Positions 11,041 to 20,176 of a DNA stretch of 64,000 nucleotides are shown here, in pieces. How positions within the stretch are numbered: position 1 is the stretch's first letter; every line of letters starts with the position of its first letter. The position numbers and the translations under genes are program-made. Origin of the DNA: an uncultured candidatus Porisulfidus sp. (GTDB lineage: Bacteria > Pseudomonadota > Gammaproteobacteria > Poriferisulfidales > Poriferisulfidaceae); the NCBI GenBank assembly GCA_965116025.1, contig OZ220480.1, forward strand, positions 1,472,001-1,536,000, given 5' to 3'. Under the pieces are notes generated by a model. It was given only the letters and a program-made list of their open reading frames with translations. It made no database searches and was not told the DNA's origin.

Positions 11041-13387
11041 TCCGTTGCCGCGCCTGAAACTCACCCTGATTCCGCTCGCGCTCGCCTTGTCGCTGGCGAC
11101 CTCCCAGACGTTCGCGTTCGTGGTCGAGGACATCGAGTTGCGGGGGCTGCAGCGCCTGGAGGCGGCCACCGTGTTCACCTATCTGCCGGTGGAGGTGGGC
11201 GAGGAGTTCGACGTGGACCGCTCGCGCGAGGTGGTGCGCGCCCTGTTCCAGTCCCAGCTGTTCAGCGACGTGCAGGTGGAGCGACGCGGCGACGTGCTGG
11301 TGATCACGGTAGTGGAGCGGCCAGCCATCACCGAGATCGCCTTCGACGGCCTTGAGGTCATCAAGGACGAGACTCTCGAGGAGGTGCTGGAGAACGCCGG
11401 CATCGCCACCGGGCGGATATTCAACCAGCCGTTGCTGGACCGGCTCAATAACGAGATCCTGCAGCAGTACCACGCGATCGGCTTCTACAACGCGGAGGTC
11501 GACGTCGATGTGGTCGACATGGGCGCGAACCGAGTCTCCATCAACATCAACGTGGTGGAGGGCGAGCCGGCGGCCATCCGGCAGGTGCGCGTGATCGGCA
11601 ACGTCTCCTACACCGAGGAGCGCCTGCTGGACCTGTTCGAATCCTCCGAGCCGGCCTGGTACGACATCTTGGGGAACACGGGCAAGTATTCCCGAGCGCA
11701 GCTCTCGGGCGATCTGGAACGGCTTCGCTCGTTCTATCTGAACCGGGGATTTCTCAAGTTCCGAGTGGATTCGGCGCAGATTTCGCTGAGCCCGGACCGC
11801 GGCGGCATCTACATCACGGTCCACATCAACGAGGGACGTCGCTTCGTGGTGCGCGAGGTGTCGCTGTCCGGCATTTTCATCGTGCCGAGAGAGGACTTGG
11901 TTTCGTTGCTGACCATCCATGCGGGAGAGTTTTTCTCGAGCGCTCGGGCGCGGACCTCGAGCGATCGCCTGAAGGCCCGTTTGGGCGAGGATGGCTATTC
12001 TTTCGCCAAGGTCAACCCGGTCACCGATCTCGACGAGGAGGCGGGCGAGGTGACGATCAACTTCTTCATCGACCCGGGGCAACGCGTGTACGTGAGGCGC
12101 ATCGAGATCACGGGCAACTACACGACCCAGGATGAGGTGTTGCGTCGGGAACTGCGCCAGATGGAGGGGGCCTGGCTGTCGACCCCGAAACTGGATCTGT
12201 CGCGGCGGCGTCTGCAGCGTCTGGCGTACATCGACAGCGTGGAAATCACGCAGACCCGGGTGCCGGGCACCAACGACCAGGTCGACCTGACCATCGCGGT
12301 CACGGAACGTCTGGCCGGCAACCTTACCGCCGGCATCGGGTTCAGCAGCGGCAGCGGCCTCTCGCTGGCGGCCGGCGTGGAGCAGGAGAACTTCTTCGGC
12401 ACCGGCAACCGCGTCGGGTTCCATTTCGACAACAGCGAGATATCGACGCGCTACTCCTTCGACTTCTACAACCCGTACTACACCAGCAACGGAGTCAGCC
12501 GCGGCTTCGGTATCAGCACGCGCCGGGTGGACACGGGCGATGGCGACGATCAGCGCACTGAGTACGAGTCTCGCGACTACATGGGCTATCTGAGCTACGG
12601 CATTCCCATCTCCGAGGACAGCACGTTCAACTTCACCACCCGCTTCCAGAAAATTAATTTCAACGTAGGCTCGGGCTCGTCCTTTCTGGTTCGCGGGTTC
12701 CTCGCGGACCACGACGGCGATTGCCGATACCGCCTAGCGATCGCGAACACGCGGGGAAACCTGCTCTCCTGCAGGGCCACGTACTACAACCTGTCGCTCG
12801 TCGGCGCCTTCACCTACGACACCCGCGACCGCAGCCTGTTCACCCGCGAGGGCTCGCTGCGCCAGGTGTCGGCGCAGGCCACGACGCCTGGCAGCGGACT
12901 GGAATACTACACCCTGTCCTACATCCAGCAGGAATACTTGAAGCTGACCGAGGACGTGACCTTGGCGATCAAGGGCGACGCCGCCTACGGCGACGGCTAC
13001 GGGGGCACCGACGATCTTCCGTTCTCGCAGAAGTTCGTGTCCGGCGGGCCGCGGAGCGTGCGCGGCTTCAAGGTGAACACGCTCGCGCCCCGCGACGAGT
13101 TCGACGAGCCGTACGGGGGCAACCTGAAACTGGGCTATTCGCTCGAGCTGACGTTCCCGATCCCGTTCATCGACGAGGCCAACCTGCGCGGGGTCATGTT
13201 CCTGGATTCCGGGTACGTGTTCGAGGACGCGGAGGATTTCGACATCCAGGAGATGCGAGGGTCGGTCGGTGTCGGGGTGTCCTGGCTGTCGCCGCTTGGC
13301 GGCGTGTCGCTGGTCGTGTCCACGCAAATCAACGACCACGAGACGGACAAGACGGAGTCGTTCCAGTTCAATCTTGGGTCGCTTTAG
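11015..13387 (+). CDS. bamA: Outer membrane protein assembly factor BamA (start may be TTG 11045)
   Basis: Signal peptide, POTRA repeats (VLRRELRQMEG), VRGF motif and C-terminal FQFNLG. Confidence 0.97.
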   Translation: MTSLDCWDSPLPRLKLTLIPLALALSLATSQTFAFVVEDIELRGLQRLEAATVFTYLPVEVGEEFDVDRSREVVRALFQSQLFSDVQVERRGDVLVITVVERPAITEIAFDGLEVIKDETLEEVLENAGIATGRIFNQPLLDRLNNEILQQYHAIGFYNAEVDVDVVDMGANRVSININVVEGEPAAIRQVRVIGNVSYTEERLLDLFESSEPAWYDILGNTGKYSRAQLSGDLERLRSFYLNRGFLKFRVDSAQISLSPDRGGIYITVHINEGRRFVVREVSLSGIFIVPREDLVSLLTIHAGEFFSSARARTSSDRLKARLGEDGYSFAKVNPVTDLDEEAGEVTINFFIDPGQRVYVRRIEITGNYTTQDEVLRRELRQMEGAWLSTPKLDLSRRRLQRLAYIDSVEITQTRVPGTNDQVDLTIAVTERLAGNLTAGIGFSSGSGLSLAAGVEQENFFGTGNRVGFHFDNSEISTRYSFDFYNPYYTSNGVSRGFGISTRRVDTGDGDDQRTEYESRDYMGYLSYGIPISEDSTFNFTTRFQKINFNVGSGSSFLVRGFLADHDGDCRYRLAIANTRGNLLSCRATYYNLSLVGAFTYDTRDRSLFTREGSLRQVSAQATTPGSGLEYYTLSYIQQEYLKLTEDVTLAIKGDAAYGDGYGGTDDLPFSQKFVSGGPRSVRGFKVNTLAPRDEFDEPYGGNLKLGYSLELTFPIPFIDEANLRGVMFLDSGYVFEDAEDFDIQEMRGSVGVGVSWLSPLGGVSLVVSTQINDHETDKTESFQFNLGSL

Positions 13388-13426
13388 GGCGACGGTGTAG
13401 AATTGTCGCCGACAGGAGCGTTCTTT

Positions 13427-13942
13427 ATGATGAAACCATCTCTTTTTCGGGCCCGCGCCATCGGCGTGGCGCTGATCCTCATGAGCGGCGCGGCCGCGGC
13501 GCAAAATGCGAAGATCGGATTCGTCGACGTGGGCCGCCTTCTGGAGGATTCTCCGCAGGCGGTCGCGGCGCGGCAGAAGCTGCAGAACGAGTTCTCTCCG
13601 CGCAACGAGGAGCTGGAGAAGCTCCACAAGGAGGTGACGGATCTGGCCCAGAAACTGGCGGGGGAGAGCGACATGATGTCGGAGCAGCAGCGGGTTGAGC
13701 GGGAGCGGGACGTGCAGCGCCGCCGGCGCGACTTCGAGCGCAAGCGCGACGAGGTGCGCGAGGACTTGGCGATCCGCCGCAACGAAGAGCTCGGCAAGCT
13801 GCAGAAAGAGGTCAACGTGGTGGTGGCCGAGATCGCGAGCGACGAGGGCTTCGACCTGATCCTGACCCAGGCCGTGAGCCTGTACGCCAGCAAGCGCATC
13901 GACATCACGGATCAGGTGCTCAAGAAGATGAGCAATCCATAG
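13427..13942 (+). CDS. skp: Periplasmic chaperone Skp/OmpH
   Basis: Signal peptide, KIGFVD, coiled coil, DITDQVL; AGGAG SD. Confidence 0.95.
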   Translation: MMKPSLFRARAIGVALILMSGAAAAQNAKIGFVDVGRLLEDSPQAVAARQKLQNEFSPRNEELEKLHKEVTDLAQKLAGESDMMSEQQRVERERDVQRRRRDFERKRDEVREDLAIRRNEELGKLQKEVNVVVAEIASDEGFDLILTQAVSLYASKRIDITDQVLKKMSNP

Positions 13943-13947
13943 CCCGC

Positions 13948-14967
13948 GTGGCGTCGCTGACCCTGGGCCAGATCGCGGAACTCGCGAACGCCCGGATCCC
14001 CGATCCTCCGCCGGCTCCAGATCTCCGCATCGATCACGCGGCTTCCCTGAGTGGCGCCGGGCCCGGCGCCATATCCTTCTACAACCACGCGCGGCATCGG
14101 GCCGATTTGGCGCGCACCCGGGCCAGCGCGGTGCTGTTGCGCGGGTCGGACCGGGCGCGTTGCCCGGTTCTCGCGCTGGCCTGCGAGGACCCATATCTCG
14201 GCCTCGCGCGGGTGCTGCAGGCCTTGTACCCGCTCCCCGAGGTCGCCCACTTCATCCATCCCGGAGCCAAGGTCGACGACCGCGCGCGGCTGGAAGCTCC
14301 AGTGCGAGTGGACTTCGGGTGCGTGGTCGGGTCGGGCGCTCGAATCGGCGCGGGCAGCGCGCTGGGCCCGCACTGCGTGGTTGGCGCCGGCGCGATCCTG
14401 GGCGAGGGTTGCGTCCTGCACGGCCGGGTCACCCTGCGCGAGGGAGTGCGACTGGGCGACCGGGTCGAGATTTGGCCCGGCGCGGTGCTCGGATCCGACG
14501 GATTCGGGTATGCCCAGGAAGACCGACGGTGGGTCAAGCTGACGCACCGCGGCGGCGTGCGCGTCGGGGACGACTGTGAGATCGGCGCCAACAGCACGAT
14601 CGACCGCGGCATGCTGGACGACACCGTGATCGGGCGCGGAGTCAAGATTGACAATCAGGTGCAGGTGGCGCACAACGTCCACATTGGCGACCACTCCGCG
14701 GTCGCGGGGTGCGCGGGCATCGCGGGCAGCGCCCGGATCGGCCGCTACTGCCAAATCGGAGGAGGCGCGGGCGTGCAGGGGCACGTGGAGCTGGCCGATG
14801 GGGTTATCATTACCGGCATGTCCAAGGCGAACCGGACGCTGACCCACGCCGGAGCGTACAGCTCCGGAACGGGCATTCAGGAGAACGCGGATTGGCTGCG
14901 CAACGCGGCGCGCTTCCGGCGGTTGGACCGGATCGCGCGCGCCTTGCGGGAGGAAGAGAAAGCGTGA
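13948..14967 (+). CDS. lpxD: UDP-3-O-acylglucosamine N-acyltransferase
   Basis: Hexapeptide repeats, GSDGFGYA, IGANSTIDRG and KIDNQVQVAHNV. Confidence 0.97.
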   Translation: MASLTLGQIAELANARIPDPPPAPDLRIDHAASLSGAGPGAISFYNHARHRADLARTRASAVLLRGSDRARCPVLALACEDPYLGLARVLQALYPLPEVAHFIHPGAKVDDRARLEAPVRVDFGCVVGSGARIGAGSALGPHCVVGAGAILGEGCVLHGRVTLREGVRLGDRVEIWPGAVLGSDGFGYAQEDRRWVKLTHRGGVRVGDDCEIGANSTIDRGMLDDTVIGRGVKIDNQVQVAHNVHIGDHSAVAGCAGIAGSARIGRYCQIGGGAGVQGHVELADGVIITGMSKANRTLTHAGAYSSGTGIQENADWLRNAARFRRLDRIARALREEEKA

Positions 14968-15422
14968 GCGAGGATTTCGACATTCGGGCGATTCACCGGC
15001 TGCTGCCGCACCGCTATCCATTTCTGCTTGTGGACCGGATCCTGCGGCTGGACCCGGGCGCCTCGATCCAGGCGGTCAAGAACGTGACGATGGACGAGCC
15101 GTGCTTCCCGGGACATTTCCCGGAGAATCCGATCTTTCCAGGCGTCCTGATCCTGGAGGTGATGGCGCAAGCGTCGGGCCTGCTGGTCTTCAAGTCGCCG
15201 GAATACTGTCCGAAGGACGAGAATCTGTACATGCTGGTCGGGGTCGACAAGGCCCGTTTCAAGAAGCCGGTGGTGCCGGGCGACCGGTTGGTGGTGGAGG
15301 TCGATCTGCTGCGGATGCGCCAGAACTGCGCGTCTTTCGACGCCGTCGCCCGGGTCGATGGCGATGTGGTGGCCAGCGCCGGGATCATGTGCATGTTCAA
15401 GGAACTTTCGCCCGCCGCGTAG
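14964..15422 (+). CDS. fabZ: 3-hydroxyacyl-ACP dehydratase
   Basis: LPHRYPFLLVD and GHFPENPIFPGVLILE; GTG start overlaps the lpxD stop. Confidence 0.97.
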   Translation: MSEDFDIRAIHRLLPHRYPFLLVDRILRLDPGASIQAVKNVTMDEPCFPGHFPENPIFPGVLILEVMAQASGLLVFKSPEYCPKDENLYMLVGVDKARFKKPVVPGDRLVVEVDLLRMRQNCASFDAVARVDGDVVASAGIMCMFKELSPAA

Positions 15423-15435
15423 CCGGCCTCGAGGC

Positions 15436-16218
15436 TTGAACGTTCATCCGACGGCCGTAGTGGACGCGGGGGCGGAGATCGATCCCGATGCGGAGATCGG
15501 GCCTTACGCGATCATCGGGCCGCGCGTCCGCATCGGCGCTGGCACCCGGGTCGGCTCGCACGCCGTCGTCACCGGGCGCACCACCGTGGGCCGGAACAAC
15601 AGGATATTTCCATTCGCCGCCGTCGGCGGGATCCCGCAGGACAAGAAGTACGCGGGAGAGGACAGCGAGTTGGTGATCGGCGACGGCAACACGATCCGCG
15701 AGCACGCGACCCTGAACGTCGGCACGGCTCAGGGAGGCGGCCGCACCCGCGTCGGCGATCGGAACTGGATCATGGCGTACGTGCACATCGCGCATGACTG
15801 CGTGATCGGGGACGACGCGACGTTCGCCAACGGCGCGACGCTGGCGGGCCACGTCGAGGTCCAGGATCACGCTACCCTGGGCGGCTTCACGCTGGTGCAC
15901 CAGTTCTGCCGCGTTGGCCTCCACGCGTTCAGCGGAATGGGGTCCGCCCTGAACAAGGACCTGCCTCCTTTCGTGCTGGCGTCGGGCAACTTGGCCCGGG
16001 CCCGTGGGATCAATCGGGAGGGCTTGCGCCGGGCTGGCTTCTCCGGAGAGACGATGGAGGCGCTGGGACGGGCTTATCGGTTGCTGGTACGGACGCCCGG
16101 CGCGCTGGCGGAGGACGAGATCCAGCGACTCGCCGGACGATACCCGGAGGTCGAGCGGATGCGGGCGTTCATCGCCGAGAGCCGGCGCGGAATTACGCGA
16201 GGAGGGGATTCCGGCTGA
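15436..16218 (+). CDS. lpxA: Acyl-ACP:UDP-GlcNAc(3N) acyltransferase
   Basis: HPTAVV, PQDKKY, MAYVHIAHDC and LAGHVEV; TTG start inferred. Confidence 0.97.
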   Translation: MNVHPTAVVDAGAEIDPDAEIGPYAIIGPRVRIGAGTRVGSHAVVTGRTTVGRNNRIFPFAAVGGIPQDKKYAGEDSELVIGDGNTIREHATLNVGTAQGGGRTRVGDRNWIMAYVHIAHDCVIGDDATFANGATLAGHVEVQDHATLGGFTLVHQFCRVGLHAFSGMGSALNKDLPPFVLASGNLARARGINREGLRRAGFSGETMEALGRAYRLLVRTPGALAEDEIQRLAGRYPEVERMRAFIAESRRGITRGGDSG

Positions 16219-16221
16219 ACC

Positions 16222-16237
16222 CCCGCCATCAGGCGGG
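16222..16237. terminator. Small hairpin between convergent lpxA and lpxB
   Basis: CCCGCC-ATCA-GGCGGG in the 21-nt gap; no U tract. Confidence 0.35.
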
Positions 16238-16239
16238 AA

Positions 16240-17394
16240 TCATCCGGCCGTCCCGATCATTCGCTCCACGCGGTCCGCCAGCGGGCCCATGCCGACCGCC
16301 GGCCCCAGCCGCTCCTCGACGATTCCCAATCGCTCGCGCGTCTGATCGAGGCGGGCCGGCTCGTTCAGCCAGGGCGTGAGGGCCTCCGCGACCCGGTCGG
16401 GCGTCGCGTCGGCCTGGATCAGCTCGTCCACCAGGTCCGCGCCCGCGACGATGTTCGCGAGACAGTAGCGGTCGACGCGAACCAGAACGCGCGCCAGCGC
16501 GTAGCTGATTCCGGCCAGACGATAGATCATGCAGAACGGCACGCGCATCAGAGCCAGTTGCAGGGTGACGGTGCCGGAGGCCGCCACCGCCATGTCGCAG
16601 ATCCGCATGACGTCGTAGACGGGCTCTCGCAGGCATTTGACCTCAGGCAGTCCCGCCAGCCATGGCGCGTAGTCGTCCGGTTCCCTTCCGGGCGCTACCG
16701 CCAGCGCGAATTGGGGTCGGGCGGGATGCTCCCGCAACAACCGCGCCGCGCCGGCGCAAACCGGAGCCAGCCGCTCCAGCTCGCCGCTCCGGGAGCCGGG
16801 GAACAGCCCCACCACCGGTCGCCGCGAGTCGATGCCCCAGCGCTCGCGGAGCGCCTCGGGCGGCTGGGTCGAGACGGTCCGCCCGCGCAGGGGGTGTCCG
16901 ACGAAGGACACGGGCACGCCGCGCTTCTCGTAGAAATCGCGCTCGAACGGGAAGACGACCGCCATGTGGTCGACGCGGCGGCGGATGGAGCTCGCCCGCC
17001 AGGGCCGCCAGGCCCAGACTTGCGGGCTGATGTAGAACAGCGTCGGCGTTCCGCGTCGCCGCGCGAAGCACGCGAGCCTCAGGTTGAATTCCGGGTAGTC
17101 GACGAGCACCAGCAGCGTCGGGTGCCGCGCGCGGACCTCCCGCTTGAGAGCCTTCAGGGCGGCGCGGATCTCCCGGTAGCGCCGCAGAACCTCCACCAGC
17201 CCGACCACCGCCAGATCGGTGGAATCGATGATCGTCTCGACGCCGGCCGCGCGCGACGCCTCGCCGCCCATCCCGAAATAGGTCCAGTCGGGGTGGCGGG
17301 AGCGGAGCTCCTCGACCAGTTCCGCCGCGTATCGGTCTCCGGACGCTTCCCCGGACACCAGCATCAGGCGCGGGGCCGTATCAGGAGAGCGCAC
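16240..17394 (-). CDS. lpxB: Lipid A disaccharide synthase
   Basis: GEASGD, VDYPEFN, ISPQVWAWR, FVGHPL, PGSRSGE and ASGTVTL; GTG start inferred. Confidence 0.96.
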   Translation of the reverse strand: MRSPDTAPRLMLVSGEASGDRYAAELVEELRSRHPDWTYFGMGGEASRAAGVETIIDSTDLAVVGLVEVLRRYREIRAALKALKREVRARHPTLLVLVDYPEFNLRLACFARRRGTPTLFYISPQVWAWRPWRASSIRRRVDHMAVVFPFERDFYEKRGVPVSFVGHPLRGRTVSTQPPEALRERWGIDSRRPVVGLFPGSRSGELERLAPVCAGAARLLREHPARPQFALAVAPGREPDDYAPWLAGLPEVKCLREPVYDVMRICDMAVAASGTVTLQLALMRVPFCMIYRLAGISYALARVLVRVDRYCLANIVAGADLVDELIQADATPDRVAEALTPWLNEPARLDQTRERLGIVEERLGPAVGMGPLADRVERMIGTAG

Positions 17395-18478
17395 GGTCGA
17401 CGCCGGCGCGGACCCGCTCGATCTGGTCCGGCCGGAGTTCCGGGAACATGGGCAGCGAGAGGCATTGCCGGCAAACCTCCTCCACGCCCGGCAGCGAGAC
17501 CCCGGCGGTCCAGCGCGCGTAGGCCGGTTGCCGATGCAGGGGGATCGGGTAGTAGACCCGGCTTTCCACACTGTCCTCGGCCAGACTCTTTCGGATGGAG
17601 TCGCGCCGCGGACTCAGCAACGTGTACTGGTGCCAGACGTGGCCTTCCGCGCTTTCGGGCGCGCGGACGCCTTCGCGCTGGTGGAGGCTCTCGGTGTAGC
17701 GCTCCGCGACTCGCCGCCGCCGGAGATTCCATTCGGCGACATGCGGGAGCTTGACGCGCAGGATGGCGGCTTGGATCTCGTCGATTCGGCTGTTCAGTCC
17801 CAGGGTTTCGTGGCGGTAGGGCTGGCGGGAGCCATGGTTGCGCAGGGCGCGCATCCGCTCGGCGAGCTCTGGATCGTCGGTCGCCACGGCCCCGCCGTCG
17901 CCGCATCCGCCCAAGTTCTTGCTGGGAAAGAAGCTAAAGGAGGCTATCTGGCCGAGGCTGCCGGTGGCCCGCCCCGCGATTCTCGCCCCGAAGCTTTGCG
18001 CGCAATCCTCGATGATGGCGATTTCCGGGCCGACCGCGTCCCGAATCGCGGCGACGTTGGCGGGGCGACCGAACAGATGCACCACCACGACCGCGCGGGC
18101 GCGGTCCGTGACCGCGTCACGGCACGATTCCGGGTCAATCAGGAAACTGCTCGGGTCGATGTCCACGAACACCGGGCGGGCGCCGGTCAGGGCGGCCGCC
18201 TCGGCCGGCGCGGCGAACGTGAAGGCGGGCACCAGCACGTCGTCGCCCGGACCGATCTCCAGCGCGCGCAACGCCAGACTCAGCGCGTCCGTGCCGGAGG
18301 CGCAACCGACCGCGTGGGCGATGCCGAGCGACGCGGCGAGCTCTGTCTCCAGCGCCTCGACTTCCGGGCCGAGCACGTAGCGCCCGCCGCGCAGCACCCG
18401 CAGGACCGCGGCCTCGATCTCCTCGCGCAAGGTCGCGTGCTGCGCGGTCAGATCCAGAAGCGGAACGGCGGCGCTCAT
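17381..18478 (-). CDS. gnnB: DegT/DnrJ-family PLP aminotransferase, probable GnnB
   Basis: SGTDAL, IIEDCAQ, FSFFPSKNLGGCGDGG and NSRIDEIQAA; lies between an oxidoreductase and lpxB as in the Acidithiobacillus gnnAB locus. Confidence 0.85.
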   Translation of the reverse strand: MSAAVPLLDLTAQHATLREEIEAAVLRVLRGGRYVLGPEVEALETELAASLGIAHAVGCASGTDALSLALRALEIGPGDDVLVPAFTFAAPAEAAALTGARPVFVDIDPSSFLIDPESCRDAVTDRARAVVVVHLFGRPANVAAIRDAVGPEIAIIEDCAQSFGARIAGRATGSLGQIASFSFFPSKNLGGCGDGGAVATDDPELAERMRALRNHGSRQPYRHETLGLNSRIDEIQAAILRVKLPHVAEWNLRRRRVAERYTESLHQREGVRAPESAEGHVWHQYTLLSPRRDSIRKSLAEDSVESRVYYPIPLHRQPAYARWTAGVSLPGVEEVCRQCLSLPMFPELRPDQIERVRAGVDRALS

Positions 18479-19422
18479 GGGACGCCTTCTTCCCGCATGA
18501 GGCGAGAGACTTCCAGCGCGGTGCGCAACGCGCGCAGGCCATCCTCGCCCCGGACCATGGGTTCGGTCCCCTGTCGGACGCAGCGGAGAAAATGCTGGAT
18601 CTCCTCGCGCAAGGAGTCGGTTTCTTGAAAGGTCTCGCGCTCGCGCGCGACGCGTTTCGAGGGAGGGCCATCGCCCGCGCGCAGACGGTATCGATCCAGT
18701 TCTCGCGTTCGCAGGTCCAGGGCGTAGCAGGAGTGGCGCTGGAACACGCGCATCCGGCGTTCGCTGCGCTGGCTTAGGCGGCTGGCGGTGACGTTGGCGA
18801 CGCATCCACCGGGGAACTCGATCCGAGCGTTGGCGATATCCAGAGCGTCGCCGACCACGGCGGCGCCGCTGGCGCGGATCTCGCGGGGCTCCTCGCCGAC
18901 CACGGTCAGGGCCAGATCGATGTCGTGGATCATGAGATCTAGGGTGACGTCGATCTCGGAGCCGCGCGGGGTCCAAGGCGCCAAGCGGTGGATCTCGAGG
19001 AAGCGGGGGGCGTCGAGGCCCCGCATGAGGGCGCAGAAGGCCGCGTTGAACCGCTCCAGCAGTCCGACCTGGATAACGAGATCCCGCGCGCGGGCCCGCT
19101 CGATCAGATCGGTGGCCTCCTCGACCGAGGACGTGAATGGCTTCTCGATCAGCGCGTGACAGCCGGCCTCCAGGCAGTCCCGGGCGACTTCGTAGTGCTT
19201 CGCGGTGGGGACGACGACGCTGACCGCTTCCGCTTGGCCTAGAATCTCGCGGTGGTTGGCGAAGCCGGGAATCCCGAGCTCCTCGCTGACTTCCGCGCGA
19301 CGTTCGGGGTCGGGGTCCACGACTCCGATCAACTCGCTGTCGGGAAGCGCCGCGTATTTCCGCGCGTGAAACCGTCCCAGATAGCCGACCCCGATGACGG
19401 CGGTTCGAAGTGGGGGGCGCAC
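18475..19422 (-). CDS. gnnA: Gfo/Idh/MocA NAD-dependent oxidoreductase, probable GnnA
   Basis: AVIGVGYLGRFHARKY, EKP, ERFN and DLMIHDID; ATGA-coupled to gnnB; GTG start 19422 inferred. Confidence 0.85.
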   Translation of the reverse strand: MRPPLRTAVIGVGYLGRFHARKYAALPDSELIGVVDPDPERRAEVSEELGIPGFANHREILGQAEAVSVVVPTAKHYEVARDCLEAGCHALIEKPFTSSVEEATDLIERARARDLVIQVGLLERFNAAFCALMRGLDAPRFLEIHRLAPWTPRGSEIDVTLDLMIHDIDLALTVVGEEPREIRASGAAVVGDALDIANARIEFPGGCVANVTASRLSQRSERRMRVFQRHSCYALDLRTRELDRYRLRAGDGPPSKRVARERETFQETDSLREEIQHFLRCVRQGTEPMVRGEDGLRALRTALEVSRLMREEGVP

Positions 19423-19461
19423 GGGTATGGGAAAGCTCGGGTAGCGCGGAATCGCCCCGAA

Positions 19462-19512
19462 ATTATAGCCCCCGCCCACTTCGCGCGCCCCGAATCCCGG
19501 CTTCGGTACAAT
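19462..19512. promoter_or_regulatory. Back-to-back -10 elements for gnnA (minus) and rnhB (plus)
   Basis: TATAAT on the minus strand at 19462-19467 and TACAAT on the plus strand at 19507-19512. Confidence 0.5.
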
Positions 19513-20176
19513 GCCCCTCACGCCCCGAGTCTTGATGTTCGCTCCCTTTCCGACCCCGCCGATGTCCGCCGCCCTGGAACGCCTGCCGGCCCTGTTGGAT
19601 CTCGACGGCGTCGCGGGGGTGGACGAGGCTGGGCGCGGCGCGCTGGCGGGCCCGGTGGCCGCGGCCGCGGTGGTGCTGCCGCGGGGGTGCCGCATTGAGG
19701 GACTGACCGATTCCAAGAAGCTGACTCCGGCGCGGCGGGCGCGGCTGGCGACGCGGATCCGGGCCTGCGCCTGGGGCTACGCGGTGGCGTTCGTGTCGGC
19801 GCGCGAGATTGATCGGATCAACATCCTGCAGGCGAGTCTGCGCGCGATGGCGGAAGCGGTGTCGCGGTTGCCGGCCGGGGTCGCGCATGTGCTGGTGGAT
19901 GGCCCGAGCTGTCCGGAGTTGCCGTATCCGGCGACGGCGGTGATCGGCGGCGACGCCAAGGTGGGGAGCATCAGCGCGGCCTCGGTGCTCGCCAAGGAGG
20001 CGCGCGACGCCTGGATGCGCCACTGCGACGCGCGGGAGCCCCGCTACCGTTTCGCGCGACACAAGGGCTATCCGTCGGCGGAACACCTGCGGGCGCTGGC
20101 CGAGCACGGGCCCGGGCGGCAGCACCGCCGGACGTACGCTCCGGTGCGCGCGGCTCTCGCGGAAGGCGCGGCATGA
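19511..20176 (+). CDS. rnhB: Ribonuclease HII (start may be 19535 or 19562)
   Basis: GVDEAGRG, DSKKL, ISAASVLAK and HKGYP. Confidence 0.97.
   Translation: MPLTPRVLMFAPFPTPPMSAALERLPALLDLDGVAGVDEAGRGALAGPVAAAAVVLPRGCRIEGLTDSKKLTPARRARLATRIRACAWGYAVAFVSAREIDRINILQASLRAMAEAVSRLPAGVAHVLVDGPSCPELPYPATAVIGGDAKVGSISAASVLAKEARDAWMRHCDAREPRYRFARHKGYPSAEHLRALAEHGPGRQHRRTYAPVRAALAEGAA

Noticed and set aside
16180-19570. Site-specific invertible switch around gnnA-gnnB-lpxB
   Set aside because: Only 7-9 bp GC-rich matches between the breakpoints, some direct rather than inverted, and no invertase nearby; not enough to claim active inversion.
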